Origin: Escherichia phage vB_EcoM-pEB20
Sequence record: OP114733
Direction: 5' to 3' (one strand)
DNA: 64,000 bases
The notes under the pieces were generated by a model, which was not told the DNA's origin, did no database searches, and was given only the letters and a program-made list of their open reading frames with translations. This document shows, in pieces, positions 1 to 8,912 of the stretch (positions are counted from its first letter, which is position 1; every line of letters begins with the position of its first letter). A program made the translations under genes and the position numbers.

Positions 1-1
1 G

Positions 2-238
2 TTAGGATTTATAGGGAACACTGGTGGATTCACAGACCAATGGCAGGACTTACGATATACTCAAGCCTTTGCATCCATTGCATCATTTTGTACTATAGTC
101 TATTTTTACTACGATTTTATAAACCATAACAAGAAAAATAAAAAGGTTTACGCTTCTCAAATGATTAGTTATAATGAACTCCTAGCTAGACGTGAAAATG
201 AAACAATCGAAAACTTTATTAAGGAATGTAGAAAATGA
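2..238 (+). CDS. 5'-truncated hydrophobic protein; C-terminus ENFIKECRK shared with ORF 2387..2692 (paralog)
   Basis: Open frame from window edge to TGA 236-238; ATGA overlap with next start; C-terminal motif match to 2387..2692. Confidence 0.4.
   Translation, partial: LGFIGNTGGFTDQWQDLRYTQAFASIASFCTIVYFYYDFINHNKKNKKVYASQMISYNELLARRENETIENFIKECRK
146..175 (+). promoter_or_regulatory. sigma70-type early promoter (GTTTAC -35, TATAAT -10) embedded in 3' end of upstream CDS
   Basis: GTTTAC at 146-151, 17-18 nt spacer, TATAAT about 170-175, upstream of ATG 235. Confidence 0.45.
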
Positions 239-540
239 GTAAGATTATTGAAATTAAAGTACCAGAGTTTAATGATGCCAAATCCGCTTCAGATGCAATT
301 TATAAACTTCTGAATCAAGCTGAACGTATCGAAGAAGAAGCAACAAAGATCGCAGACCAATATGCCGTATCATTTTCTGTAGGTGATTATGGTAGCGGTC
401 GTACTTATTATCCTAAGGGTGAAATCGTATCCCAGTGGATGAAAGATGAAATTGAAAATAATGGTGGCGATGTTAAGCGTGAAGGTAATGGTTACGTTAT
501 TACTGAAGGTGCTTGGGTTTCGTCTTCTGCGTTGTGCTAA
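235..540 (+). CDS. small acidic protein, member 1 of tandem paralog trio with conserved C-terminal GxWVxSSxxC
   Basis: ORF track; ends ...GAWVSSSALC; two paralogs immediately downstream. Confidence 0.6.
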   Translation: MSKIIEIKVPEFNDAKSASDAIYKLLNQAERIEEEATKIADQYAVSFSVGDYGSGRTYYPKGEIVSQWMKDEIENNGGDVKREGNGYVITEGAWVSSSALC

Positions 541-549
541 GGAATCATT

Positions 550-822
550 ATGTCTAAAGAACAAACCGAACTGGCTGAAGCTGTAGCAAAAATCTATGCA
601 GCTATTGAGGCTGCCAAAGAAATTGCTGATAAACAAAACACAACATTCGACTTGTACCCAGCTTATGGTATGGGTGGAACCTATCATTCACCCGGACATC
701 TTAAAGCCGATCTTGAACGTTGTACAAAAAACGGCTATGCTGAATGGGCTGACGTTTACCAATACGACTACAACCTGAGCCTTGAAGATGGCGGTTGGGT
801 TGCATCTTCTCACACTTGCTAA
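550..822 (+). CDS. paralog 2 of GxWVxSSxxC family
   Basis: ORF track; ends ...GGWVASSHTC. Confidence 0.6.
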   Translation: MSKEQTELAEAVAKIYAAIEAAKEIADKQNTTFDLYPAYGMGGTYHSPGHLKADLERCTKNGYAEWADVYQYDYNLSLEDGGWVASSHTC

Positions 823-831
823 GGAAACAAT

Positions 832-1029
832 ATGTCTCGTGAATTAGATTGTGCTGTACGTACGGCAGTAGCTGCTCTGGAAAACCTGTTCCAAATTGCA
901 ACAGAAGAACGCGAAGAAGTTACATTATGGATTGAAGATAACGCAGGTCTGAATCTCCAGGACGCGATCTCATTATCCCACAATAGTATCACTGTTCAAG
1001 GCTGGGTATCATCTAGTTATTCTTGCTAA
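832..1029 (+). CDS. paralog 3 of GxWVxSSxxC family
   Basis: ORF track; ends ...QGWVSSSYSC. Confidence 0.6.
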   Translation: MSRELDCAVRTAVAALENLFQIATEEREEVTLWIEDNAGLNLQDAISLSHNSITVQGWVSSSYSC

Positions 1030-1033
1030 AACA

Positions 1034-1063
1034 GTTTACAACAAGATAGGGCTATGTTATAGT
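1034..1063 (+). promoter_or_regulatory. early promoter inside imperfect inverted repeat (PeSL-like cassette)
   Basis: GTTTAC 1034-1039; -10 TATAGT near 1058; arms GATAGG/CCTATC flank the -10. Confidence 0.5.
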
Positions 1064-1091
1064 AGTCCTATCAAAACAAATGGAGTCCACA

Positions 1092-1331
1092 ATGATTTAT
1101 TACGAAAGTATCGGAACCAAAGTGGTTGGTAAAACCATTACTCGTGAAAAGTTTGCAAAGATATTCGATATGCGTTATAAAAAATCTGAACACAAAGGCA
1201 TCCGATTCGAAGATGCGCACTGTACAATTTGCCCTTATAATGAAGACATAAACGGTACAATCGTTCCATTGGTAGAGGCTTCACATGATGACCTCTGGGA
1301 TGAATATGATATCGCATGTCGTGAAATTTAA
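1092..1331 (+). CDS. hypothetical protein
   Basis: ORF 1080..1331; second in-frame ATG (M5) follows GGAG RBS in right arm of cassette. Confidence 0.5.
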   Translation: MIYYESIGTKVVGKTITREKFAKIFDMRYKKSEHKGIRFEDAHCTICPYNEDINGTIVPLVEASHDDLWDEYDIACREI

Positions 1332-1359
1332 GTTAATGAATTAATCCGAGGAAAATATT

Positions 1360-2316
1360 ATGATGTTGGTTATTGGTTCTCGTGCACTTCACTATCACGG
1401 TCTTATTGATTCTAGCGCTATTAAAAATAGTGATTGGGACTTTATTGCGGACCAATGTTCTTGGAATGCATTCAAAAATCAAATGATGGGTGTATATGTT
1501 CACCAAGATAACCCTGATGTCCAAGTTTTCAAATGCTTCCATAATGGACGCGAAACTCATTTTGAAGCATATATTGTTCCGGCAATCACTAATGTCCGTG
1601 AATTAGTCGGTGAACTCACTCCTGAAGATTTCACGTCTTCTTATGACCTTTTAAAATACGCCAAGAAAAATTTGACTAAAGACCGTTTGAACGGGTTTTA
1701 CTGGGCAACTCCTGAGATATGTCTTGCAATTAAGATGTCTCATCGTTTCAAGAAAAATAATCCATTCTTTTTAAAGACTATGAACCATATTCAGTATCTT
1801 CGTGGTAAAGGTGTTACACTGGACGATGAACTTACTGAAATTATGCTGAAACGCCAGAAAGAAACCTTGAATTATGCTCACCCAGTTCTTGACACTTCTA
1901 AAAGTGCGTTCTTTAAAGATGACATCTATACATATGACCATGATACTATTCATGAAGCCATTGCACTAACAGACCGTCCAGCGTATACATTTTACATGAA
2001 AGATGGTTCTGAAGTCATGACCTCACGCGAGAAGTTCGAATCATTACCAGAAATGGTCAAATTGGCTGGTGTATACGAAGAATCATGTGTACTAGCGTTA
2101 GAACGTTCTCAGATTCCTAATAACTTTGAAATCCATCCACGTGATAGTTTTATGATGGCTCTTGAAAAGGTCTGTACTTCAATCACATCAGGTTGGTTCC
2201 GTGAATACGCCTGGGAAAACCACAGCAAAGTAGTAAGTATGTACCAAAGCTTAGGACATGACGATTACGTCAAACGTTTCAAACAAAATTTCCATATGGT
2301 AAAACCTTTCAAATAA
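1360..2316 (+). CDS. nucleotidyltransferase-fold protein (GS-x13-DxD motif near N-terminus)
   Basis: IGSRALHYHGLIDSSAIKNSDWDF resembles Pol-beta superfamily hG[GS]x9-13Dh[DE]h motif. Confidence 0.55.
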   Translation: MMLVIGSRALHYHGLIDSSAIKNSDWDFIADQCSWNAFKNQMMGVYVHQDNPDVQVFKCFHNGRETHFEAYIVPAITNVRELVGELTPEDFTSSYDLLKYAKKNLTKDRLNGFYWATPEICLAIKMSHRFKKNNPFFLKTMNHIQYLRGKGVTLDDELTEIMLKRQKETLNYAHPVLDTSKSAFFKDDIYTYDHDTIHEAIALTDRPAYTFYMKDGSEVMTSREKFESLPEMVKLAGVYEESCVLALERSQIPNNFEIHPRDSFMMALEKVCTSITSGWFREYAWENHSKVVSMYQSLGHDDYVKRFKQNFHMVKPFK

Positions 2317-2328
2317 TTTCGCAAAACT

Positions 2329-2366
2329 GTTTACATCTTGATAGGACTATGTTATAGTAGTCCTAT
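2329..2366 (+). promoter_or_regulatory. early promoter in perfect 9-bp inverted repeat (PeSL-like)
   Basis: GTTTAC 2329-2334; arms ATAGGACTA 2341-2349 and TAGTCCTAT 2358-2366 flank -10. Confidence 0.55.
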
Positions 2367-2386
2367 TAAAACATGAGGAGAATATT

Positions 2387-2692
2387 ATGAAATTAGGCGA
2401 AACCAACCGAATTGGTCTTTTAACAATATTTGTATCACTTTTTTACGCAGCTCTTTCTGTTGCAGTATTACAAAAGGCTTACAGTATGGATGGTGTTCCT
2501 GGTTTTGTATTCTTATCGCCGTTTTTGCTATTCGTTGGAGCATTGTTATTATATGCCACGACTAGTTTCGACCATAATGTCTGGGTCAATTATAAATGTA
2601 AATTGTCTGAAGAAGAACACGCAGAAGCTCGTAAAAAAGCTATTGAATCTACCAATCTAGAAAATTTCATTAAAGAATGTCGAGGAAAATAA
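2387..2692 (+). CDS. small membrane protein (2 predicted TM helices)
   Basis: ORF track; hydrophobic N-terminal half; C-terminus ENFIKECRGK. Confidence 0.6.
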   Translation: MKLGETNRIGLLTIFVSLFYAALSVAVLQKAYSMDGVPGFVFLSPFLLFVGALLLYATTSFDHNVWVNYKCKLSEEEHAEARKKAIESTNLENFIKECRGK

Positions 2693-2693
2693 T

Positions 2694-3380
2694 ATGAATA
2701 GTTCTAAAGTGTTTAATAGTCAAGCTCGTGCAGTAGGTGGTTTTGCTCATGCGATTAAAAATGACCAGATTAAAAACGAGCCTATGTTCTTTAACTGCGA
2801 TTTGAATTTTGCTTTTGATAATGGCGGCCCAATTACTCGTAGCTTTATCCAAAATCTTCCTGACGATTGGAAAGACTCGGATGTAGTATTTGATTCACGA
2901 GTCCACATGTTGATGCCTGGTTGGTATCCTGCTATCCCAGGTTATCACCATGACGATGTACCACGCCCGGATATTCCGGTTGGTCAACATTTTATTACTG
3001 CAGGACAACCTGACTATGACAACCCTCGTTACCATTCTGAACATATTCTTGGTCTTGTTAACGCTGATGTGTGTCCTACTCATTTTGCAACAGGAACTGC
3101 AGAGTTCAGTCAGATTCCTGATGGCGAACTTATCTATCGCCAGTGGCACAAAGAAGTCCTCGAAAAAATTGAAAAAGGTGAACTAGAGAAATGGGAAGCT
3201 CCAGACCGTACTCTTCTTCAGTTTGATTGGCAAACATGGCACACTGGCTCTCATGCAATTAGTAATGGATGGCGTTGGTTCGGACGTGTATCTCGTAATA
3301 CAGACCGAGTTAAAAAGATTACCAATGAAATTCGTGTCAATGCTCAAGTTTATCTGGAATTCCCTATGGAAGGCTGGTAA
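2694..3380 (+). CDS. hypothetical protein, His-rich (possible metal-dependent enzyme)
   Basis: ORF track; motifs YHHDD, HFATG, WHTGSH. Confidence 0.55.
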   Translation: MNSSKVFNSQARAVGGFAHAIKNDQIKNEPMFFNCDLNFAFDNGGPITRSFIQNLPDDWKDSDVVFDSRVHMLMPGWYPAIPGYHHDDVPRPDIPVGQHFITAGQPDYDNPRYHSEHILGLVNADVCPTHFATGTAEFSQIPDGELIYRQWHKEVLEKIEKGELEKWEAPDRTLLQFDWQTWHTGSHAISNGWRWFGRVSRNTDRVKKITNEIRVNAQVYLEFPMEGW

Positions 3381-3871
3381 TGATTAACAAAACATATTGG
3401 TCTAATATTGACGACGGCAATGAAGGTATTTCGTACTATTCAGTGGATTGGACAGGATGTCCATCCTACTTAGTGAAACATATTTGCCAAGAATTTAAAA
3501 TCGACCAGCCAGCAGGTATTATTGTGAACAGATACATTAATGGATATCAACCTATCGATGAAGTAATACGAACAACTCAAGCTGAGCTTGAAAAGTTTTT
3601 CAATAAGTGCCAATGGATAACAGGATGGATTATATTTGTACCGTCGGTATGGTTTTTTAGTACTAAGGTGAGTTCTTTCGGTTTTGTTGATATTACTGCT
3701 ATCTTATTAGCATCTAGTATCATAAGTGTTGTTGGTGGCATCATTGGCGGCGGTGCCGCCGCTATCATTATTAATCTTATTAAAAGTAGTTTACAAGAAC
3801 GTAAAGACAAGATAAAAGCCAAGAATAATGAAGTTGAACGTTTTATTACCGAATGCAGGAATTTGAGATGA
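3380..3871 (+). CDS. membrane protein with Gly-rich TM segment
   Basis: ORF track; IISVVGGIIGGGAAAIIINLI hydrophobic stretch. Confidence 0.55.
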   Translation: MINKTYWSNIDDGNEGISYYSVDWTGCPSYLVKHICQEFKIDQPAGIIVNRYINGYQPIDEVIRTTQAELEKFFNKCQWITGWIIFVPSVWFFSTKVSSFGFVDITAILLASSIISVVGGIIGGGAAAIIINLIKSSLQERKDKIKAKNNEVERFITECRNLR

Positions 3872-4104
3872 GTATAGCAATTTACATTAAATCAGAATCA
3901 TGTGATAGTTATCTGTACACATACGATAAAGATGTGTCAGAAGAAAAAATCAAAGACGACCTTAATATGGACCTTGATATGTTCTGTCCTATTGCAGATT
4001 ACAAACTTGCGGTCTCTAATAGTGAAAGTCCATCTAAAGAAACGCGCATTGAAGAATTTATGTCCGAATTAATGGCCAAATCATGGGACCGAGATGATGA
4101 GTAA
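3868..4104 (+). CDS. hypothetical acidic protein
   Basis: ORF 3853..4104; M6 start gives ATGA overlap with upstream stop. Confidence 0.5.
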   Translation: MSIAIYIKSESCDSYLYTYDKDVSEEKIKDDLNMDLDMFCPIADYKLAVSNSESPSKETRIEEFMSELMAKSWDRDDE

Positions 4105-4552
4105 GAAAAATAAAGTGAAAGAACTATCAGCCGGTATTATTTTCCTTACCGAAGATAAAGAATTATTCATGGGGCGTGTAACTGGTTCTCGTCCTAAAGG
4201 TTCTTTAGCTCATCGGTGGGATATTCCTAAAGGACGTGTCGAGCCCGGTGAATCTCCTATTGAAGCCGCTATTCGCGAATGCGAAGAAGAAACTGGGTTT
4301 ACACAATATGACCCTGCCTTCCTGAAAGACCTAGGTGAACATCATTACTCAGACAATAAGAATATTCATCTGTTCCTATATACCATCCCTGTAGAGCACG
4401 AGCAATTCAGAAACAGTGTTTGTAATTCCTATCATACATTCCCAGACGGACGACAGATTCCTGAATTTGATGCATTCGCTTTAATTAAACCTTCTCAATG
4501 GGAATATGTAATGGGCAAATCATTATATAGGGTGCTCACTACCCTCCTATAA
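4094..4552 (+). CDS. nudE: Nudix hydrolase (T4 e.1/NudE-like)
   Basis: Nudix box GRVEPGESPIEAAIRECEEETG; sits immediately upstream of lysozyme as in T4. Confidence 0.85.
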   Translation: MMSKKNKVKELSAGIIFLTEDKELFMGRVTGSRPKGSLAHRWDIPKGRVEPGESPIEAAIRECEEETGFTQYDPAFLKDLGEHHYSDNKNIHLFLYTIPVEHEQFRNSVCNSYHTFPDGRQIPEFDAFALIKPSQWEYVMGKSLYRVLTTLL

Positions 4553-4553
4553 G

Positions 4554-4562
4554 TAATAAATA
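4554..4562 (+). promoter_or_regulatory. candidate late promoter (TAATAAATA, one mismatch to T4 late TATAAATA)
   Basis: Sequence at 4554-4562 just upstream of hairpin and e start codon. Confidence 0.4.
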
Positions 4563-4584
4563 CCTCCTATAAACATGGGAGGTA
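4561..4584 (+). promoter_or_regulatory. RBS-sequestering hairpin of lysozyme gene
   Basis: TACCTCC 4561-4567 pairs with GGAGGTA 4578-4584, which contains the SD GGGAGG. Confidence 0.55.
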
Positions 4585-4586
4585 TT

Positions 4587-5075
4587 ATGAATATATTTGA
4601 AATGCTTCGTAATGACGAAGGTCTTAGACTGACTTTATACAAAGACACTGAAGGCTTTTGGACGATTGGCATCGGCCATTTAGTAACAAAGAACCCGTCT
4701 TTAGCCGTAGCTAAAGCTGAACTTGACAGAATGATCGGTCGTAAATGCAACGGTACAATTACCCTTGATGAGGCTGAAAAGCTATTTAATGAAGACGTTG
4801 ATAAAGCCGTCCGCGGAATCTTGGGTAATGCTAAACTTAAACCGGTATATGATTCTTTAGATGCGGTTCGTCGATGCGCATTGGTTAATATGGTCTTCCA
4901 AATGGGTGTATCAGGCGTCGCCGGTTTTACTAATTCTCTTCGTATGCTTCAACAGAAACGTTGGGATGAAGCGGCAGTAAATCTAGCCCAATCTAAATGG
5001 TATCGTCAGACACCTAATCGTGCGAAACGCGTAATCTCAACATTTAAAACAGGAACTTGGAAAGCGTATATATGA
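4587..5075 (+). CDS. e: endolysin, T4 lysozyme (gp e)
   Basis: [31 protein letters not shown] nearly identical to T4 lysozyme as recalled; 162 aa. Confidence 0.95.
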   Translation: MNIFEMLRNDEGLRLTLYKDTEGFWTIGIGHLVTKNPSLAVAKAELDRMIGRKCNGTITLDEAEKLFNEDVDKAVRGILGNAKLKPVYDSLDAVRRCALVNMVFQMGVSGVAGFTNSLRMLQQKRWDEAAVNLAQSKWYRQTPNRAKRVISTFKTGTWKAYI

Positions 5076-5353
5076 AAACATATAGTGAATTTTTATCAGA
5101 ATCTATTCTTAACGAAGCTACTGACACATTTGCAACTAAGCTAGGTGCAGCTTTGGTTGAAGCTGAAAGTCTATTAGCACGTATTTCTGAACTTGCTAGT
5201 AAGATAGATACTCGCAAATTTGAACGTACCAGCGATATCGCTAAGCTTGAAGCCTTGTTACGTATGTGCGATAAACCGGAAGAAATCGCTAAGAACGGCT
5301 CGCTAATGAAACAACGTCTTGAAAAATATATTTCAGGCGCTTCGGAAAAATAG
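5072..5353 (+). CDS. internal-protein-like with capsid targeting sequence [10 protein letters not shown]
   Basis: N-terminal CTS-like decapeptide typical of T4 IPI/IPII/IPIII; ATGA overlap with e. Confidence 0.6.
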   Translation: MKTYSEFLSESILNEATDTFATKLGAALVEAESLLARISELASKIDTRKFERTSDIAKLEALLRMCDKPEEIAKNGSLMKQRLEKYISGASEK

Positions 5354-5411
5354 TGTTTACTTCCTCCAAGGACTTTGATACTATACATTCATCAACTACT
5401 TGGAGGAAATT

Positions 5412-5825
5412 ATGACCCGTATCAATTTAACACTTGTTTCTGAACTGTCCGACCAACATCTTATGGCTGAGTATCGTGAATTACCACGCGTATTTGGTGC
5501 AGTCCGTAAACATGTTCAAAACGGTAAACGTGTAAAGGATTTTAAAATCTCTCCAACATTTATCTTAGGCACAGGTCACGTAACATTCTTTTACGACAAA
5601 CTCGAATTTTTACGTTTACGACAAATCGAGCTAATCGCTGAATGCTTGAAACGTGGTTTCAAAATCAAGGACACGACTGTCCAGGATATTTCCGACATCC
5701 CTGCCGAATTTCGTAATAATTATGTCCCGTCCGAAGCGTCCATTGCGATAAGTCAAGCACGCTTAGATGAAAAAATTGCTCAACGTCCGACTTGGTACAA
5801 ATACTATGGTAAATCAATTTACTAA
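5412..5825 (+). CDS. denV: endonuclease V, pyrimidine-dimer DNA glycosylase
   Basis: [24 protein letters not shown].. near-identical to T4 EndoV as recalled. Confidence 0.9.
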   Translation: MTRINLTLVSELSDQHLMAEYRELPRVFGAVRKHVQNGKRVKDFKISPTFILGTGHVTFFYDKLEFLRLRQIELIAECLKRGFKIKDTTVQDISDIPAEFRNNYVPSEASIAISQARLDEKIAQRPTWYKYYGKSIY

Positions 5826-5832
5826 GGAAAAA

Positions 5833-6093
5833 ATGAAAATGTATCAAGAATTTATCACTGAAGCAGATGCCAAAGGTCCTAAATTTAAAGTTAAAGCTTT
5901 CATTGGTGATGCGGAAGACTTTGGCTCATTAAAACGTAATGGGTATTCTTTCTTAGGTGGCAATGGTAAAGAAATCAACACCTATGCAAAACGTAGTGAA
6001 ATTGCTTATGTTGTAGCAAGCCCTAAAGTAGATGTTGACGATATTGGATACGATTTTAACAACTTCGGAATTATTTCTGGCGGTAAAGATTAA
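5833..6093 (+). CDS. internal-protein-like with CTS MKMYQEFITE
   Basis: Start taken at M23 of ORF 5767 (after denV stop, AAGGAAA RBS). Confidence 0.6.
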   Translation: MKMYQEFITEADAKGPKFKVKAFIGDAEDFGSLKRNGYSFLGGNGKEINTYAKRSEIAYVVASPKVDVDDIGYDFNNFGIISGGKD

Positions 6094-6157
6094 ATTGTTT
6101 ACGCTTAAGTATTAATATGGTATAATTACTCTATCAAAACAAACAAGGAAACAAAAA

Positions 6158-6472
6158 ATGAAAACGTATAAAGAATTTATTGCAGAATCCGCCAACCAAC
6201 GCGTTGAAGGTGGTTATATTTGGATTGAACAAGTTGAGCCACCGAGCCGCACTTCTACAGGTAAATGGAAAATTACTGTTGACGGTCCTGGCGGTAAACG
6301 TAGGACTCTTAAAGAAATTAACGGGTACTATGAAGAAGCTCTTTCGGATGCAGGAACTTACATGATGCAAATCATGATTAAAAACCCTGAAAACCGTTTT
6401 GCAGCTAAAGTCTTCCGCCGTATTGGTAATAAACTTTATGATGCATACTCTAAAAACTTCCCTAAAGAATAA
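6158..6472 (+). CDS. internal-protein-like with CTS MKTYKEFIAE
   Basis: ORF track; CTS-like N-terminus. Confidence 0.65.
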   Translation: MKTYKEFIAESANQRVEGGYIWIEQVEPPSRTSTGKWKITVDGPGGKRRTLKEINGYYEEALSDAGTYMMQIMIKNPENRFAAKVFRRIGNKLYDAYSKNFPKE

Positions 6473-6497
6473 CATAAATTAAAACAATAGGAACAAA

Positions 6498-6827
6498 ATG
6501 AAAACATATCAGGAGTTTATCACTGAAGTTACATTATCTGCGGAACAGAAAGCTGCTATCGAAGAAGGTAAAAATCCCAAAGTAACATATAAAGTAAATA
6601 GTAAAGGCGTTTTTGATGGCTTGGTTCAAGACCCTGAATTGAAAAAAGCTCTTTCTAAAACTAATGCGTACTTTGCTCCTAAATTTAACACAGCCGGTGT
6701 ACTTATTGGATTGGATGTATTCAACTCTAAAGGTGTTCTATCTAATGCCTTTGGTTATGCCGCTAACAAAATTACCAAAGCCGCATGGGAATCCAATACC
6801 AAACAAGCTCAAAAGCCTAGAGTATAA
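6498..6827 (+). CDS. internal-protein-like with CTS MKTYQEFITE
   Basis: ORF track; CTS-like N-terminus. Confidence 0.65.
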   Translation: MKTYQEFITEVTLSAEQKAAIEEGKNPKVTYKVNSKGVFDGLVQDPELKKALSKTNAYFAPKFNTAGVLIGLDVFNSKGVLSNAFGYAANKITKAAWESNTKQAQKPRV

Positions 6828-6999
6828 TTCTTGCCTAATAAATGGAAACGCAACCTCTCCTCATGAACGTCGAGTCCTCTGAGTGATGTACCTTTTCCAA
6901 CCTGTAATAAGGTCGAGCGCAATGCGGTAATGGGTTTACATAGCGAGTCGAAGGACCTAACATGTGCCACGGAATGGCCCAAACCTTAAGAGAAATAAT

Positions 7000-7539
7000 A
7001 TGAGAACATTTTTAACTGGACCTTATCTATCCCTGATGAATGCTTTTACACACCATTCTGATGCTAGAGTAGAAGAAATTTGTAAGAACGGTTATGTCCC
7101 GCCATTTGAAGACGTACTCAAGCAGTACTGCACACTTCGTTTAGACGGCGGCCGACAATCAGGTAAATCAATTGCTGTGACTAACTTTGCTGCTAATTGG
7201 CTGTATGATGGTGGAACAGTTATTGTTCTTTCTAATACTTCAGCTTATGCTAAAATTTCTGCTGGCAACATTAAAAAAGAATTTTCTCGTTATTCTAGCG
7301 ATGATATTCGATTCCGTTTATTTACTGATTCTGTTCGTAGTTTTATTGGCAATGAAGGTTCTAAATTCCGTGGATTAACGCTTTCTCGTATTCTGTATAT
7401 AATTGACGAGCCTATTAAAGCTCCTGATATGGATAAGATTTACAATGTACATATTAAAACAGTCCAACACTGTTGCAAAAGCAAATATTGCATCGGCGGT
7501 AATGCTCGTCCTCAATTTTTTGTGATTGGAATGCAATGA
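7000..7539 (+). CDS. hypothetical protein with Walker-A-like GGRQSGKS
   Basis: Start at M13 of ORF 6964 after AGAGAAATAAT; P-loop-like motif. Confidence 0.5.
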   Translation: MRTFLTGPYLSLMNAFTHHSDARVEEICKNGYVPPFEDVLKQYCTLRLDGGRQSGKSIAVTNFAANWLYDGGTVIVLSNTSAYAKISAGNIKKEFSRYSSDDIRFRLFTDSVRSFIGNEGSKFRGLTLSRILYIIDEPIKAPDMDKIYNVHIKTVQHCCKSKYCIGGNARPQFFVIGMQ

Positions 7540-7844
7540 TGACAACTATTGAAGTTTTTGAGTATTGTTATAACAGCCCAGTATGCAATAAAAGGGCTCT
7601 TGTAGAAAATTACGAGATTTACCATTTTAAACCTAAACGATACCGTTTGACTAAAGGTCCGTTCGCAGGGCAGCAGGTTCTTTGTACTGCTCCTAATGCA
7701 CGGTTGATGACTAGTATTCCGCATTTCAAAATGGAATTTATTGACGGGCCATTTAAGGGATTAATCACTCAAAGTTTAATGGCGTTTAATTCCGACCCAT
7801 TTTTGATTAAAGAAAAAACTTGGATAAATTTATTTTCTAATTGA
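7536..7844 (+). CDS. hypothetical protein
   Basis: ORF track; overlaps upstream stop. Confidence 0.5.
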   Translation: MMTTIEVFEYCYNSPVCNKRALVENYEIYHFKPKRYRLTKGPFAGQQVLCTAPNARLMTSIPHFKMEFIDGPFKGLITQSLMAFNSDPFLIKEKTWINLFSN

Positions 7845-7850
7845 GGTTAT

Positions 7851-8213
7851 ATGAAAGCATATCAAATTCTTGAAGGTACACATAAAGGCACTATTTATTT
7901 TGAAGATGGTACTCAAGCCCGGATTATTGTCTCTAAAACTTTTAAAGAAGACGCTATTGTAGACCCAGAAATTTTCTACGGTTTGCATGCCCGTGAAATT
8001 GAAATTGAACATCAACCTAAAGTTAAAATTGAAGGTGGTCAACATCTGAATGTTAACGTTCTGCGTCGTGAAACTCTAGAAGATGCAGTTAAGCATCCGG
8101 AAAAATATCCGCAGCTGACCATCCGTGTATCCGGTTATGCAGTTCGCTTTAACTCTCTGACTCCGGAACAGCAGCGCGACGTTATCGCTCGCACCTTTAC
8201 TGAGAGTCTATAA
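7851..8213 (+). CDS. autonomous glycyl-radical cofactor (GrcA/YfiD-like; T4 Y06I-type)
   Basis: C-terminal [29 protein letters not shown] glycyl radical motif, near identical to E. coli GrcA as recalled. Confidence 0.85.
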   Translation: MKAYQILEGTHKGTIYFEDGTQARIIVSKTFKEDAIVDPEIFYGLHAREIEIEHQPKVKIEGGQHLNVNVLRRETLEDAVKHPEKYPQLTIRVSGYAVRFNSLTPEQQRDVIARTFTESL

Positions 8214-8437
8214 TGGCTAAATTGATTATAGAAGGGTCTGAAGATGTTTTAAAATGTTTTGCCGCCTGGTTTAGTTGCTCAGGCGAGCAATCATTCACTG
8301 AAGCATTTAGAACGGGTGATATTACTGGAAAATATCCGACAACCGATATCACTGTACGTGGATATGGTATTAATGAGCCTATCCAATTGGTCGAATATGA
8401 CCTTGCCACCGATGAGGAAATTCCTTATGTCGATTGA
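8213..8437 (+). CDS. hypothetical protein
   Basis: ORF track. Confidence 0.5.
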   Translation: MAKLIIEGSEDVLKCFAAWFSCSGEQSFTEAFRTGDITGKYPTTDITVRGYGINEPIQLVEYDLATDEEIPYVD

Positions 8438-8693
8438 AGACATCAAAGGCTACAAGCCGCATACCGATGATAAAATCGGTAAAGTGAACGCTATTAAAGA
8501 TGCAGAAGTCCGTCTTGGATTGTTGTTTGATGCTCTGATTGAAGAAGCATATATCTTGAAAGAAAATGAAACAGAGCAACAAACCAAAGAAGATATGGAT
8601 GCAGTGCAGGCTCTTAAGTATGCTAAGCAACATCTAAAAGAAGCCAGCATGTGGGCGTGTCGTGCAGTATTTCGACCTGAGGAAAAATACTAA
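8427..8693 (+). CDS. hypothetical protein
   Basis: Start at M57 of ORF 8259, GAGGAAA RBS 6 nt upstream. Confidence 0.5.
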   Translation: MSIEDIKGYKPHTDDKIGKVNAIKDAEVRLGLLFDALIEEAYILKENETEQQTKEDMDAVQALKYAKQHLKEASMWACRAVFRPEEKY

Positions 8694-8908
8694 TGGCTTC
8701 TACTATTACTGGGTTATTGGACTTTCAAGAAAAGGTCAACAAAATTTGTAGTGAATACTTAAAGTATCTTGAAGAAGACCTTGAAGATTGTAAGGAAGAA
8801 GGCGAAGAAGACTATGCTGACCAGCGTCGACGCCAAATCGAAGAGATGAGGCATTTCGCCAATATAGTATCTAAAGAATCTTGGGCTTTAACTCCATTTT
8901 ATCAATAA
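8693..8908 (+). CDS. hypothetical acidic protein
   Basis: ORF track. Confidence 0.5.
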   Translation: MASTITGLLDFQEKVNKICSEYLKYLEEDLEDCKEEGEEDYADQRRRQIEEMRHFANIVSKESWALTPFYQ

Positions 8909-8912
8909 AGTA

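Noticed and set aside
6828-6999. tRNA gene (T4 carries a tRNA cluster near e)
   Set aside because: I could not find an acceptor stem, a GTTCRANNC T-loop or a cloverleaf by eye. The tRNA cluster probably lies upstream of this window.
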